From positions 1 to 55,828 of the IMG/VR virus record IMGVR_UViG_3300025168_011824: a stretch of DNA of 55,828 nt, one strand, 5' to 3'. Positions within the stretch are counted from its first letter, which is position 1, and each line of letters begins with the position of its first letter. This DNA is from a virus (lineage: Duplodnaviria; Caudoviricetes). The notes under the pieces are model-generated. The model saw only the letters and a program-made list of their open reading frames with translations. It was not told where the DNA came from and did no database searches. Positions 1 to 8,271 of the stretch are shown one piece after another. A program made the translations under genes and the position numbers.

Positions 1-458
1 TAGATTTCAGGTCCTGTTGTTTCATAGTGTGCTTTAATGTTTAGTGGGTTGTGAAATTGATTACAGTTGAACCAACCATTTTCTTCACATAGTCTATCTC
101 TTAGAGCGATTGCACCGTCAAAATCCCCAGCATCTACTTCTATTAGTTCTGCCCCATAAAATCTAAACATTTGTTTACGTTCTTCCGACATATTAGAAGG
201 CATTATTATCTTTATTTTATATCCACGTTCTGCAGCTAACATAGCTAAAGATATACCACTATTACCACTGGTAGCCTCACATAAGATACTACCCTTCTCT
301 ATTAAACCATTACTTTCAGCGTCAGTAATAATAAAAGTTGCCATTCTATCTTTTACCGACCCACTAGGGTTCATAAATTCCGCTTTACCCCAAATAGTAA
401 AGTTATTTTTCCTTAAGGGGATTAATGGTGTATTTCCTACGTTATCTGATAATCTCAT
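1..458 (-). CDS. cysK: PLP-dependent cysteine synthase (CysK/CysM family), 5' part; runs off the left edge
   Basis: Hand translation from ATG at 458: MRLSDNVGNTPLIPL...KAEFMNPSGSVKDR...EATSGNSGISLA...MPSNMSEERK...NQFHNPLN...HYETTGPEI. It has the GNTPL, SVKDR (PLP lysine), EATSGNxG and NQFxNP motifs. CysK versus CysM cannot be resolved. Confidence 0.92.
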   Translation of the reverse strand, partial: MRLSDNVGNTPLIPLRKNNFTIWGKAEFMNPSGSVKDRMATFIITDAESNGLIEKGSILCEATSGNSGISLAMLAAERGYKIKIIMPSNMSEERKQMFRFYGAELIEVDAGDFDGAIALRDRLCEENGWFNCNQFHNPLNIKAHYETTGPEI

Positions 459-477
459 AAACTTGTTTTTATTTGTT

Positions 478-1008
478 TTAAACTCTCTTTGAGGTTCCTA
501 TTATTTGGTAATAGTCTTTCTTACCTTCTAGATACTCTTTAGTTAGTGTTAACATACTTCTGAACATAAATGCTCCGGTACTTTGTTTCTCACACTTACA
601 AAATAACTCCACTAGAGTTGTTATTAACTCTACAGAGAATGACCCTATATTATTTAGTTCTTTATAGGTTTCGGTAATTCCATCAACATATTTAAGTTCG
701 TACGTATTTCTTTCTTCTACCGTAGTAAATGGTTCTATATTATCGTAAACAATAATTAAAGAATTAACGAAAGATAAAGTTTTTTCTTTGTTAATTTCAC
801 CTTTAATTACGAGGTCAACAATCCAATGTGTGTGTGATGGCGTCCGTAACCTTTTATTTGGTTCTTTATATTTAACAATAAAATCTAGGTCTGGATTTTC
901 ACCCCTAAACCCTTGGAACATTGCAACTATTGTCTCGTCATATAGTTCGTACTCAACTAAGGACTCTACTCTTGGTCCATTTTTAATTTTATATTGTAAT
1001 TTTTCCAT
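478..1008 (-). CDS. hypothetical protein (176 aa)
   Basis: Protein-like ORF in the operon orientation; no family recognised. Confidence 0.75.
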   Translation of the reverse strand: MEKLQYKIKNGPRVESLVEYELYDETIVAMFQGFRGENPDLDFIVKYKEPNKRLRTPSHTHWIVDLVIKGEINKEKTLSFVNSLIIVYDNIEPFTTVEERNTYELKYVDGITETYKELNNIGSFSVELITTLVELFCKCEKQSTGAFMFRSMLTLTKEYLEGKKDYYQIIGTSKRV

Positions 1009-1016
1009 ACTAATTA

Positions 1017-1163
1017 TTAAGAAAAAAAACTTAGAATGTCAAAATAAAATGCTATTAAACCATAAACAAAAAATATTATAACAAAAAGAAATATTAATAG
1101 TACAGACCAGTTAGTTTTAATTTTGTTTTCAATATTAGTCTTTTTACAATCTTTGCACCCCAT
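1017..1163 (-). CDS. small CxxC single-pass membrane protein (48 aa), not in the ORF track
   Basis: Hand translation: [48 protein letters not shown]. Its ATG overlaps the DnaJ stop (TGATG) and it fills the gap between neighbours. Confidence 0.7.
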   Translation of the reverse strand: MGCKDCKKTNIENKIKTNWSVLLIFLFVIIFFVYGLIAFYFDILSFFS

Positions 1164-2146
1164 CAATTACTAAAGTTTTCTGATTCTAACAATTCTTTTA
1201 TTTTTTGTTTCTCTTCTTCATTTAATCTTACTGGTAATTTTTGTTCTAAATGAATAAACATATCTCCTTTTTGTCCATCCCTAACGAACCCTTTATTACT
1301 TGCTTTTAAAGCTTTACCGGTATTGTAAAGTGCTGGGACAACAATTTCTATTGGACCATCAAAATGTGGAACCTTAACTTTTTTTCCTAATAAAGCTTCC
1401 AATGGTGAAATACTCATAATGTAAGTGTAATCCAAGTCTCTTTTCTTCTGGTTGGTTGTCTCTACAACTTCCAAAATCAATATTAAGTCTCCGGATTCAC
1501 CACCAAAACAACCATCCCCACCACCTCTTAATTTTAAAAAGTGTCCTGAATTACAACCTCTAGGAATTGTAAATTTAACAGTTTTTTGTATAATATTTCC
1601 ACCATTTAAATAACCTGTAGAATGACATGAGGGACATTCTACATTTACTAATTGCCTAAAAAATGAATTACCTCTCATAGATTGGACTATTCCTCTTCCG
1701 TGACATTGAGGGCACATGTGTGTGGTACCTTCTCTTTTTGTATAGTGTACTTCTTTTTTACTACCGTGGTAGACCTCTTCTAAATTAAGACTAAGGTGAA
1801 CTTTTAAGTCTTGCCCTCTCCCTCTTTTTGGGCTGTCGTGATGTTGTCTTCTTTGACCTGTCCCACCACCACCAAAAAATTGTTCGAAAGCATCGAATGG
1901 GTTTGCATTGCCACCACCTCCACGACCAAATAAGTCTTCTAGGTTAATACCACCACCCGAATCATATTTAGCTTTCTTTTCACCATCACCTAATACACTG
2001 TAAGCTTCTGAAAGTTCTTTAAACTTATCTTCCCCATCAGGATTTTTATCTGGATGGTATTTTAATGAAAGTTTTCTATAAGCTTTCTTAATCTCTTCTG
2101 GTGAAGAATCTTTACTTACACCAAGTATGTCGTAATAATTTGTCAT
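1163..2146 (-). CDS. dnaJ: DnaJ/Hsp40 co-chaperone with reduced zinc finger
   Basis: J domain (YYDILGV...YHPDKN), G/F-rich linker, two Cys motifs ([16 protein letters not shown]) and a C-terminal GDL-type domain. Confidence 0.95.
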   Translation of the reverse strand: MTNYYDILGVSKDSSPEEIKKAYRKLSLKYHPDKNPDGEDKFKELSEAYSVLGDGEKKAKYDSGGGINLEDLFGRGGGGNANPFDAFEQFFGGGGTGQRRQHHDSPKRGRGQDLKVHLSLNLEEVYHGSKKEVHYTKREGTTHMCPQCHGRGIVQSMRGNSFFRQLVNVECPSCHSTGYLNGGNIIQKTVKFTIPRGCNSGHFLKLRGGGDGCFGGESGDLILILEVVETTNQKKRDLDYTYIMSISPLEALLGKKVKVPHFDGPIEIVVPALYNTGKALKASNKGFVRDGQKGDMFIHLEQKLPVRLNEEEKQKIKELLESENFSN

Positions 2147-2147
2147 A

Positions 2148-2780
2148 ATGAATTCAAAAAAATATCATATTATACTGTTTAATAATAAAAGAAAGAAAAA
2201 AATATTGTTTAGTTCTAACTTGCGTAAAACAGTTAATCAAAAATATAAAGAATTAAAGAGAAAAACAAACCCAATATTCCCATTAAAAATATTAAATAGA
2301 GAAGATTGTTCTTTTGAGATTGCTTTAGTGGAAAGAAAGAGTGGTAAAGAGGCTGGTAAACTGAGAAAAGATGATGTGGGAAGGTGGACACGAAATATCA
2401 TTAAAAATCAGGATTATCAACTTATAGAAGTAACTCCATATGAAATAGAGGGTACCCTATATGACCACCAGACTAAAACTAGAATAGAAACTGATGAGTT
2501 ACTATTAAAGTACTTACCTAAAGCTGAAATGTGTCAATTGTTTAGTTTAAACAATAAAATTGTAATGCAAAAAGATGACGAATTTTCTTTATTTAGTTTG
2601 AAGACTGTGTCCGAATCTAAAAGATTTATGGAATGTATGTCATCTCACTTTAGAAATAAAAGTATTGTTCATTGTTTGTTGGTTAGGGATTTTTCTACCG
2701 TACAAAGAAAACAGTTATATAACATATTAGAAAATAAAGGATTTAAAAAATCCTTGTTATACAAACACTACACACAGTAA
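2148..2780 (+). CDS. hypothetical protein (210 aa, basic)
   Basis: Long ORF filling the space exactly between minus-strand genes, with no competing ORF. Confidence 0.75.
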   Translation: MNSKKYHIILFNNKRKKKILFSSNLRKTVNQKYKELKRKTNPIFPLKILNREDCSFEIALVERKSGKEAGKLRKDDVGRWTRNIIKNQDYQLIEVTPYEIEGTLYDHQTKTRIETDELLLKYLPKAEMCQLFSLNNKIVMQKDDEFSLFSLKTVSESKRFMECMSSHFRNKSIVHCLLVRDFSTVQRKQLYNILENKGFKKSLLYKHYTQ

Positions 2781-3026
2781 CTACTTAATAAATGTAAATT
2801 TATTATCAGATATATTGACTGTAAAAGTTTCATTTTTTTCGACAGTTAGTCTACCTATGTTTGATATTTCTTCTTGGATTTCGTTATGTATTCGTGGTGT
2901 CACTTTTACTATAACCTCCAAACCCTCTAAAGGTACATCTACATTATTTAAACATTCTGCAATCTCAGCAAAAGATGAAAGATACTCTCTTAATTTCCCA
3001 TTATTACTTTTCTCAACCTTTCCCAT
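2781..3026 (-). CDS. hypothetical protein
   Basis: ORF in operon orientation; start uncertain because it overlaps the upstream gene. Confidence 0.6.
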   Translation of the reverse strand: MGKVEKSNNGKLREYLSSFAEIAECLNNVDVPLEGLEVIVKVTPRIHNEIQEEISNIGRLTVEKNETFTVNISDNKFTFIK

Positions 3027-3193
3027 AGAGTGTTTTTTTCTTTTGTTTTTGTATTTTGAACTGTGTTGCCCACGTACATACCCCCTAGAGATTTTATATT
3101 ATCTATGAGTTGTTCCTTGTGGTTCTTTATTTGTGTCTTGTCGCTTTTCAACTGTTTCTGTAACCACTCCGCTGATTTTGGATTTTTCTTCAT
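2990..3193 (-). CDS. hypothetical protein (67 aa)
   Basis: Lys-rich helical ORF in operon orientation. Confidence 0.55.
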   Translation of the reverse strand: MKKNPKSAEWLQKQLKSDKTQIKNHKEQLIDNIKSLGGMYVGNTVQNTKTKEKNTLWERLRKVIMGN

Positions 3194-3581
3194 CGTTTAA
3201 TGTTGGTTTATTAATATTCTTATTAGTTATAAAATTCATACTTTTTAAGTCCTCTAAAGTTGCATTTTCAAATAACTTTTCCAATTCTATCCTTTTAACT
3301 TCTAACAATCTCCCTTTTTCTTCTCTTTCCTGATTATCTTTGATGATAAGTTCTGCTGTCTTAAGTACTGTTTTTACACTACTTTTATCAAAACTGGAAA
3401 ATAGGGATATTGACACACTCCCGTCTTTATTATTTCCATTTTGTTTGGTTGCGACAGTCTCTCCATATATTTCATAATATTTCCACTGTGGTGGTATATT
3501 CATATCAACAATAAAATAATTATCGTGTAATCTAATACCATAGAAAAAAGGTAGTAATTGACTTATTTCTGAATATATCAT
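3099..3581 (-). CDS. hypothetical protein
   Basis: Track ORF 3099..3653. The more likely start is ATG 3581 (MIYSEISQ), which overlaps the upstream stop as ATGA. Confidence 0.7.
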   Translation of the reverse strand: MIYSEISQLLPFFYGIRLHDNYFIVDMNIPPQWKYYEIYGETVATKQNGNNKDGSVSISLFSSFDKSSVKTVLKTAELIIKDNQEREEKGRLLEVKRIELEKLFENATLEDLKSMNFITNKNINKPTLNDEEKSKISGVVTETVEKRQDTNKEPQGTTHR

Positions 3582-3769
3582 GTGGTTATTGTTGTTATTA
3601 AATAAGTTAGGAAGTAAGATAAACCAAATCCTAGTATGACCATGTCTTTCCAATTCAGTTCCATCTTTTTTGGTGGATTACTAAATAAGCTCAGAAAGAA
3701 CGTTAGGACGTACCTAGTCATCACTAGAATGGACCATACGAAAAATAAAAGGTATACCCATCCATTCAT
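3578..3769 (-). CDS. small two-TM membrane protein (63 aa)
   Basis: Two hydrophobic stretches separated by NPPKK. Confidence 0.65.
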   Translation of the reverse strand: MNGWVYLLFFVWSILVMTRYVLTFFLSLFSNPPKKMELNWKDMVILGFGLSYFLTYLITTITT

Positions 3770-3770
3770 C

Positions 3771-3947
3771 TTATTGGTTTTTTGTTTCTTCTAAAATTTC
3801 TTTTCTTATATCTTGACATAAAGATTTAATTTCTTGTGCTGATTTTCTTGCTCTTACACCTGCACTCTTATTGGTTTTTGCGTAAAATTTAGTTAAGTCT
3901 ACTGATAAACTTTCAACTAAATCTTTAATTTTTGTTAATGTCTCCAT
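3771..3947 (-). CDS. histone H1-like nucleoid protein, Hc1 family (58 aa), not in the ORF track
   Basis: Hand translation: METLTKIKDLVESLSVDLTKFYAKTNKSAGVRARKSAQEIKSLCQDIRKEILEETKNQ. It contains the KF...NKxAGxRARK signature of Bacteroidota/Chlamydia Hc1. Confidence 0.85.
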   Translation of the reverse strand: METLTKIKDLVESLSVDLTKFYAKTNKSAGVRARKSAQEIKSLCQDIRKEILEETKNQ

Positions 3948-3951
3948 TTTT

Positions 3952-4167
3952 TTATTCTTTCTTATTTGTTAAATTATTATTATAAGATTCCCATAAACTT
4001 ATTGTCGTCATGACTGTGGAAATCTCTTTTATCAATTGAATTGACTTGTCTAGTCTTTTATTCAATTCAAGGTCTTGACGATTATTTAGAACTTCTTCTA
4101 ACTCCGCTTCTAATAGTTCTTTTTCTACTACGAGTTTAGTACTCACCAAATTAAAAATTTTACTCAT
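3952..4167 (-). CDS. hypothetical coiled-coil protein (71 aa)
   Basis: ORF directly downstream of a promoter-like element. Confidence 0.65.
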   Translation of the reverse strand: MSKIFNLVSTKLVVEKELLEAELEEVLNNRQDLELNKRLDKSIQLIKEISTVMTTISLWESYNNNLTNKKE

Positions 4168-4185
4168 ATTATACTATTTGTCTTA

Positions 4186-4214
4186 AGAATAAGATAAACT
4201 ATCTTACTTGTCAA
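4186..4214 (-). promoter_or_regulatory. sigma70-type promoter TTGACA-N17-TATTCT
   Basis: Perfect -35, 17-nt spacer and TAnnnT -10, 18 nt upstream of ATG 4167. Confidence 0.6.
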
Positions 4215-4684
4215 GATTTTAAATTAATTTCTAACATTTTATACATTTCTGTGTAGATGTCTAATTCTGATTTTGTCTTTTTAGAACCTGTTGTAAATAA
4301 ATCTTTAAAGAAATCCTCAACTTTCTTTAATATTAAAGGACTGGGTTCTTTATAAAATGTATCATAAAAAAAAGTCCAAAAATAATCATAGTGGTTACCT
4401 TTTTTATTAAAATGTATACTTTCTTTTTCAAAATTACTTATCACCCTTTCCCAACACCAATTAAAATGATTCTGTTGGTCTTCAACATTTTTTATAACAT
4501 CTTCTCCCAGATAAGTTTTATTGACAAGAACATATAAAGAATTAACAAAGTCAAAAAACACACTCGACAGTTCTAAGGTTAATCCATGTGCTTTTATCCA
4601 TAAGTCAATATCGTCTTGACTCATTGGTTCTCTAATGTATTTGAGAAATTCGTGGGGTGTGTATCTTTTTCCTTCCATAACCAA
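4211..4684 (-). CDS. hypothetical protein (157 aa)
   Basis: Aromatic-rich helical ORF; no family recognised. Confidence 0.75.
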   Translation of the reverse strand: MVMEGKRYTPHEFLKYIREPMSQDDIDLWIKAHGLTLELSSVFFDFVNSLYVLVNKTYLGEDVIKNVEDQQNHFNWCWERVISNFEKESIHFNKKGNHYDYFWTFFYDTFYKEPSPLILKKVEDFFKDLFTTGSKKTKSELDIYTEMYKMLEINLKS

Positions 4685-4715
4685 ATTATAATAAAGATTA
4701 TGAAGGAATAAAGAA

Positions 4716-5642
4716 TTATTGAGTTTTCTTATTGTAATTAAATAAGTGTTTCATACTACTCATATCTTTATCTACACTTTCAGTGATGTTTTCTTTGTTG
4801 ATAAAACTTTCCCAAGTATCGTTTCCTAGTTTACCGTCTACTGTAAGTCCTAATTTTTTCTGAATACTTTTAATACATTCTGTCGTTTTAGGTCCTGTTT
4901 TCCCATCTACTGCTATTTTACAATAAGCCTGTACTTTTTTTATTTTGGATTGAGCGGTTTCCGCTTGTTCATCCATCTCAACAGTTACGGTTTCTAATTC
5001 ATCTATTTTGTTTTCACTTTCACCCATATATCCTGGGTTACGGTGATGTGCCCAATCATTAGGAATAGCATCTCCAGCTGCGCCTTTTAAATCCTTATGT
5101 TTTCTCTTCATTGTTTTCTTTATCTTCTCACCCAACTTAGAAGGTACCACATTTGCAACTTGTTGTCCATCTGACCCTTTACCGTCATTATTACCTGTTT
5201 CTATTGACCCGTCAAGGTATTGACTAAATCTCTCCTTAAATTCATCACTAGGTTCTGTATTGTATTGTAAGTCTTCCATTCCACCACCTCTCCATTCGTC
5301 AACATACTCATCTTGTTTTGTACTATTTTTGTAAGCTGGTGAATCATAGTCAGTCTTTGAGTTATTTTGGTGTGGAAATTCAGGATTACTATTATCTTTA
5401 ATTGATAGGTAATCCTTAATTTTTTTCATAATGGCGTCAACCCCAGATTTGTTATCTTTACCTGATTGTTTTAGAACTTTATTTGTCACTGCAAGTCCAG
5501 GTATTTGTTTAGTAGATACCGCCTCTTTTAATCTATCTTTTAGTTGTCCTATAGTTATTTCTTTTTTAATATCTTGACTTACTAATTTTTCAACACTTTC
5601 TTTTAGTGTTGATTCTATATTTTTAGATTTATTTTTTGCCAT
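4716..5642 (-). CDS. putative late/head-associated protein with C-terminal peptidoglycan-binding domain
   Basis: Tandem VDGKxGxxT repeats (VQAYCKIAVDGKTGPKT / IQKKLGLTVDGKLGNDT) typical of PG_binding_1; preceded by the ATATTTATA motif. Confidence 0.7.
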   Translation of the reverse strand: MAKNKSKNIESTLKESVEKLVSQDIKKEITIGQLKDRLKEAVSTKQIPGLAVTNKVLKQSGKDNKSGVDAIMKKIKDYLSIKDNSNPEFPHQNNSKTDYDSPAYKNSTKQDEYVDEWRGGGMEDLQYNTEPSDEFKERFSQYLDGSIETGNNDGKGSDGQQVANVVPSKLGEKIKKTMKRKHKDLKGAAGDAIPNDWAHHRNPGYMGESENKIDELETVTVEMDEQAETAQSKIKKVQAYCKIAVDGKTGPKTTECIKSIQKKLGLTVDGKLGNDTWESFINKENITESVDKDMSSMKHLFNYNKKTQ

Positions 5643-5656
5643 AATTTCTTTTTTTA

Positions 5657-5665
5657 TATAAATAT
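5657..5665 (-). promoter_or_regulatory. putative late promoter ATATTTATA
   Basis: 14 nt upstream of ATG 5642; the same motif and spacing recur at several operon starts. Confidence 0.65.
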
Positions 5666-5672
5666 ACAGTTA

Positions 5673-6719
5673 TTACTCATATTTTGGTTTATTTCCCGAC
5701 ATACTAAACATTTTCCCTATTGGAAGGTCCATCTTCGCCACTCCCACAATGCCCGCTTTAGGGTCGGTTACTGGAGATTTGTAAAAACTTCTTGTTATTA
5801 CCTCTTCCAACTCTTCTTTTGTTATACGAGTTTCTTTATTATTTTTTTCAGATTTTTTTGCTCTTTTGTCAGCGGTATCTTTTAATTTTTTACCTAAATT
5901 ACTACTGTCCATAGCTTCCATAATGACTTTTGCTATGTAGGATTTAGATTTTCCTATTCTTTTAGAAACTCTTTCAATACTTTCAACTAATTTATCTTCT
6001 TCATAAAATTCTAATGCATTTATATCTCCCTGGTTACAATAAGGGAATTTTTTACATTTATCTTTTACTTTTACATAAGTCGCTCCTGGTCCACCATATT
6101 TAGGAAAGTTCTTATCAGATACTGCTCTCCAATTTTTCTTATTTTTTGCCCAAATTGCTGGTTGTGAATAAGCTCCTGCTGAACCTGCACCAGTTTCTTC
6201 TTCCATTTCCTCTTCTTCGTTTAATCCCGCTCTAAATTTAGCTTTTGCTGAGTAAGGTCTTCTTCTTAACCTATCTTTATCACTTCTTCTTACTTTTGTT
6301 ACTTTAACTTCTTCTTCAACTTCTTCTTCAGAATCTATTTCTTCCTCCTCATCTTCTAATAAATGTTTCCTTAAAGATTCTTTTATATTGTACTCCAAAT
6401 CAGAATTCTTTATTTTCTTTACTTTATTTACTTTCTTATTGTCTTCCATTTTTCCAAAAAGAGGACCACTATACGAACCTGATGAACTAGCTCCAGTAGC
6501 TTCTTCTACGTCCATTTCCTCTTCCATACCACAGGTACCCTCATGAACTTCACCACAGACCTCACACATCATTGTTTCTTCAGCTAGTGCCCCATCTAAA
6601 GTATTCTTTACTTTAAAATAATCCTTTCCAGTCGCCTCTTTAGATAGAGCATCGGTTACTCCACTCTTCATAGCTTTATCAAATTGGGTCTTCTGGTTCA
6701 TTCCTGTACTTATTTCCAT
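5673..6719 (-). CDS. acidic hypothetical protein, possible prohead core/internal protein
   Basis: Glu-rich; duplicated EExTGAxSxGxYSxP motif; CxxC-x3-HxxxC and CKKFPYC motifs. Confidence 0.65.
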   Translation of the reverse strand: MEISTGMNQKTQFDKAMKSGVTDALSKEATGKDYFKVKNTLDGALAEETMMCEVCGEVHEGTCGMEEEMDVEEATGASSSGSYSGPLFGKMEDNKKVNKVKKIKNSDLEYNIKESLRKHLLEDEEEEIDSEEEVEEEVKVTKVRRSDKDRLRRRPYSAKAKFRAGLNEEEEMEEETGAGSAGAYSQPAIWAKNKKNWRAVSDKNFPKYGGPGATYVKVKDKCKKFPYCNQGDINALEFYEEDKLVESIERVSKRIGKSKSYIAKVIMEAMDSSNLGKKLKDTADKRAKKSEKNNKETRITKEELEEVITRSFYKSPVTDPKAGIVGVAKMDLPIGKMFSMSGNKPKYE

Positions 6720-6976
6720 TAGTTAATATTTTTTATTTGGTTCTCCCAGAAACTTCTTCTCAACCAAAATACTTTGTAAAGTTCTATTAAAACTTTTGCA
6801 CTTATATCGGCTACTTTCTTTTTGTGTGTTCTGGAGAACTTAGTGTTGTTAGAATTTAATTCTTTTTCAACTAAATCAATGACAGTAGTTTTGAAAGTTG
6901 CTTTTTTTAAAAAGTCTTTGATTTCTGCTCTTGAAATTCTTTCAATTTCTAATTTATCTGTTTTAGTTAATGCCAT
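6719..6976 (-). CDS. hypothetical protein (85 aa)
   Basis: Stop overlaps the next ATG; preceded by the late motif. Confidence 0.75.
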   Translation of the reverse strand: MALTKTDKLEIERISRAEIKDFLKKATFKTTVIDLVEKELNSNNTKFSRTHKKKVADISAKVLIELYKVFWLRRSFWENQIKNIN

Positions 6977-6990
6977 TATATAGTTTTATA

Positions 6991-6999
6991 TATAAATAT
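6991..6999 (-). promoter_or_regulatory. putative late promoter ATATTTATA
   Basis: 14 nt upstream of ATG 6976. Confidence 0.65.
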
Positions 7000-7015
7000 A
7001 AGGAAGGTAAGATAA

Positions 7016-7390
7016 CTACTTAATTTTATCTAACACAATTGCGGAGGTAGTTATAGTCGCAGCTCCTAGGAAAAAATGTATGATTGGTTTGTTATACCAT
7101 TTAGGTTTTAACTCTTTAGTTAGGTCTATGTATAGGTCTATTCTTTGATTTAATAACCTTGTTTTTTCATTCATAAATTCTAACTCTAAACTATCTAGAC
7201 TATGTAATGTTTTATAGTTGATAAGTTGATTATTTAGAATACTAATTTGAATTTTTTGTAAGCTATCATTTTGTTCGTAAACTTGGAATAGTGAGTCCAT
7301 TTCTACCACTTCACTGTCCGTAAACGTATTCGTTTGGGTAAAGGCCCATACTGGAGTAAGTAATAATAATAGTATTATAAGTTTTTTCAT
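7016..7390 (-). CDS. exported coiled-coil protein with C-terminal hydrophobic tail (spanin-like component)
   Basis: Sec signal MKKLIILLLLLTPVWAFT-Q with no lipobox Cys, a coiled coil, and a KPKWY + hydrophobic C-terminus. Confidence 0.55.
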   Translation of the reverse strand: MKKLIILLLLLTPVWAFTQTNTFTDSEVVEMDSLFQVYEQNDSLQKIQISILNNQLINYKTLHSLDSLELEFMNEKTRLLNQRIDLYIDLTKELKPKWYNKPIIHFFLGAATITTSAIVLDKIK

Positions 7391-7396
7391 AGGTGT

Positions 7397-7708
7397 TTAT
7401 TTTTTTAACCTATTCTTTAATGAGTTGGTTGCTTGTTTACCAGTTCTTTTTTTAACCTTAGGTTTTTTCTTTTTTATCTTTTGGAGTTCTTGACTGGTTT
7501 TATTTATCTTCTTCTTTACGTATTTCTTTTTCTTCTTTACGTATTTAATTTTACCATCAACTTCTGAAGTTTTATTTTCGTTACTTCTTATATTCTTTTT
7601 TAGTTTTTTAACTTTCCTATTAGAGTTTGAGTTCATAACCCACACTAACCCTATAAAGAAACCTACAGCACCTAAAATCCACTTCCAACATTTTTTAATG
7701 TATTCCAT
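7397..7708 (-). CDS. N-terminal TM + basic coiled-coil protein (i-spanin-like)
   Basis: WKWILGAVGFFIGLVWVM followed by a Lys-rich helix; lies in the amidase operon. Confidence 0.55.
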   Translation of the reverse strand: MEYIKKCWKWILGAVGFFIGLVWVMNSNSNRKVKKLKKNIRSNENKTSEVDGKIKYVKKKKKYVKKKINKTSQELQKIKKKKPKVKKRTGKQATNSLKNRLKK

Positions 7709-8271
7709 TATATATCTTCATCTTGTGTTGGTTCTTCTGTTGTTTTTCTACTTGCAAGTACACCTGCCCATTTTGTAGAAAATACTTCATAAAAACTTCT
7801 TAATTTATCTAACATTTCAACATAGTCATCATTTATCTTCATCATAGTACCATTAATATACACACCATTTGTTTCACCAACTGCATAATAAAACTCTACA
7901 TCAAATCTTATTAGATTTCCTGACCATTCAATATTATTTTTGTAGATGTTTAAAACATTAAAATCTACTAAGTCCTCTACTTGTTCTACAAAACCATCCA
8001 TTGTTTCTTGGAATGCTGATTTCTCATCACCAGTTAATACTAGGTCTTTTTCTTTTGTTCCATGTACAATAATCTTACCCCCACTAATAGTGTATTCTTT
8101 TGCCTTTTCCTGTTTTCTTTTTCTTTCTTGGAATTCGTCGGTTTGTACTTCTTCAGTATCCACAGTAACATCTTCTACTTGTTCATTTAACGTACGTGAT
8201 AGTCCAATAAGACTTTTCATATCATCATATGCTAAGTCCGATAACTCTCCTTTTTTAATTATTTTTTTCAT
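7708..8271 (-). CDS. hypothetical protein (187 aa)
   Basis: Translationally coupled ORF in the amidase operon. Confidence 0.75.
   Translation of the reverse strand: MKKIIKKGELSDLAYDDMKSLIGLSRTLNEQVEDVTVDTEEVQTDEFQERKRKQEKAKEYTISGGKIIVHGTKEKDLVLTGDEKSAFQETMDGFVEQVEDLVDFNVLNIYKNNIEWSGNLIRFDVEFYYAVGETNGVYINGTMMKINDDYVEMLDKLRSFYEVFSTKWAGVLASRKTTEEPTQDEDI

Noticed and set aside
3582-3653. Track start at 3653 for the 184-aa ORF
   Set aside because: This extension overlaps the upstream membrane gene; ATG 3581 gives a standard ATGA coupling.
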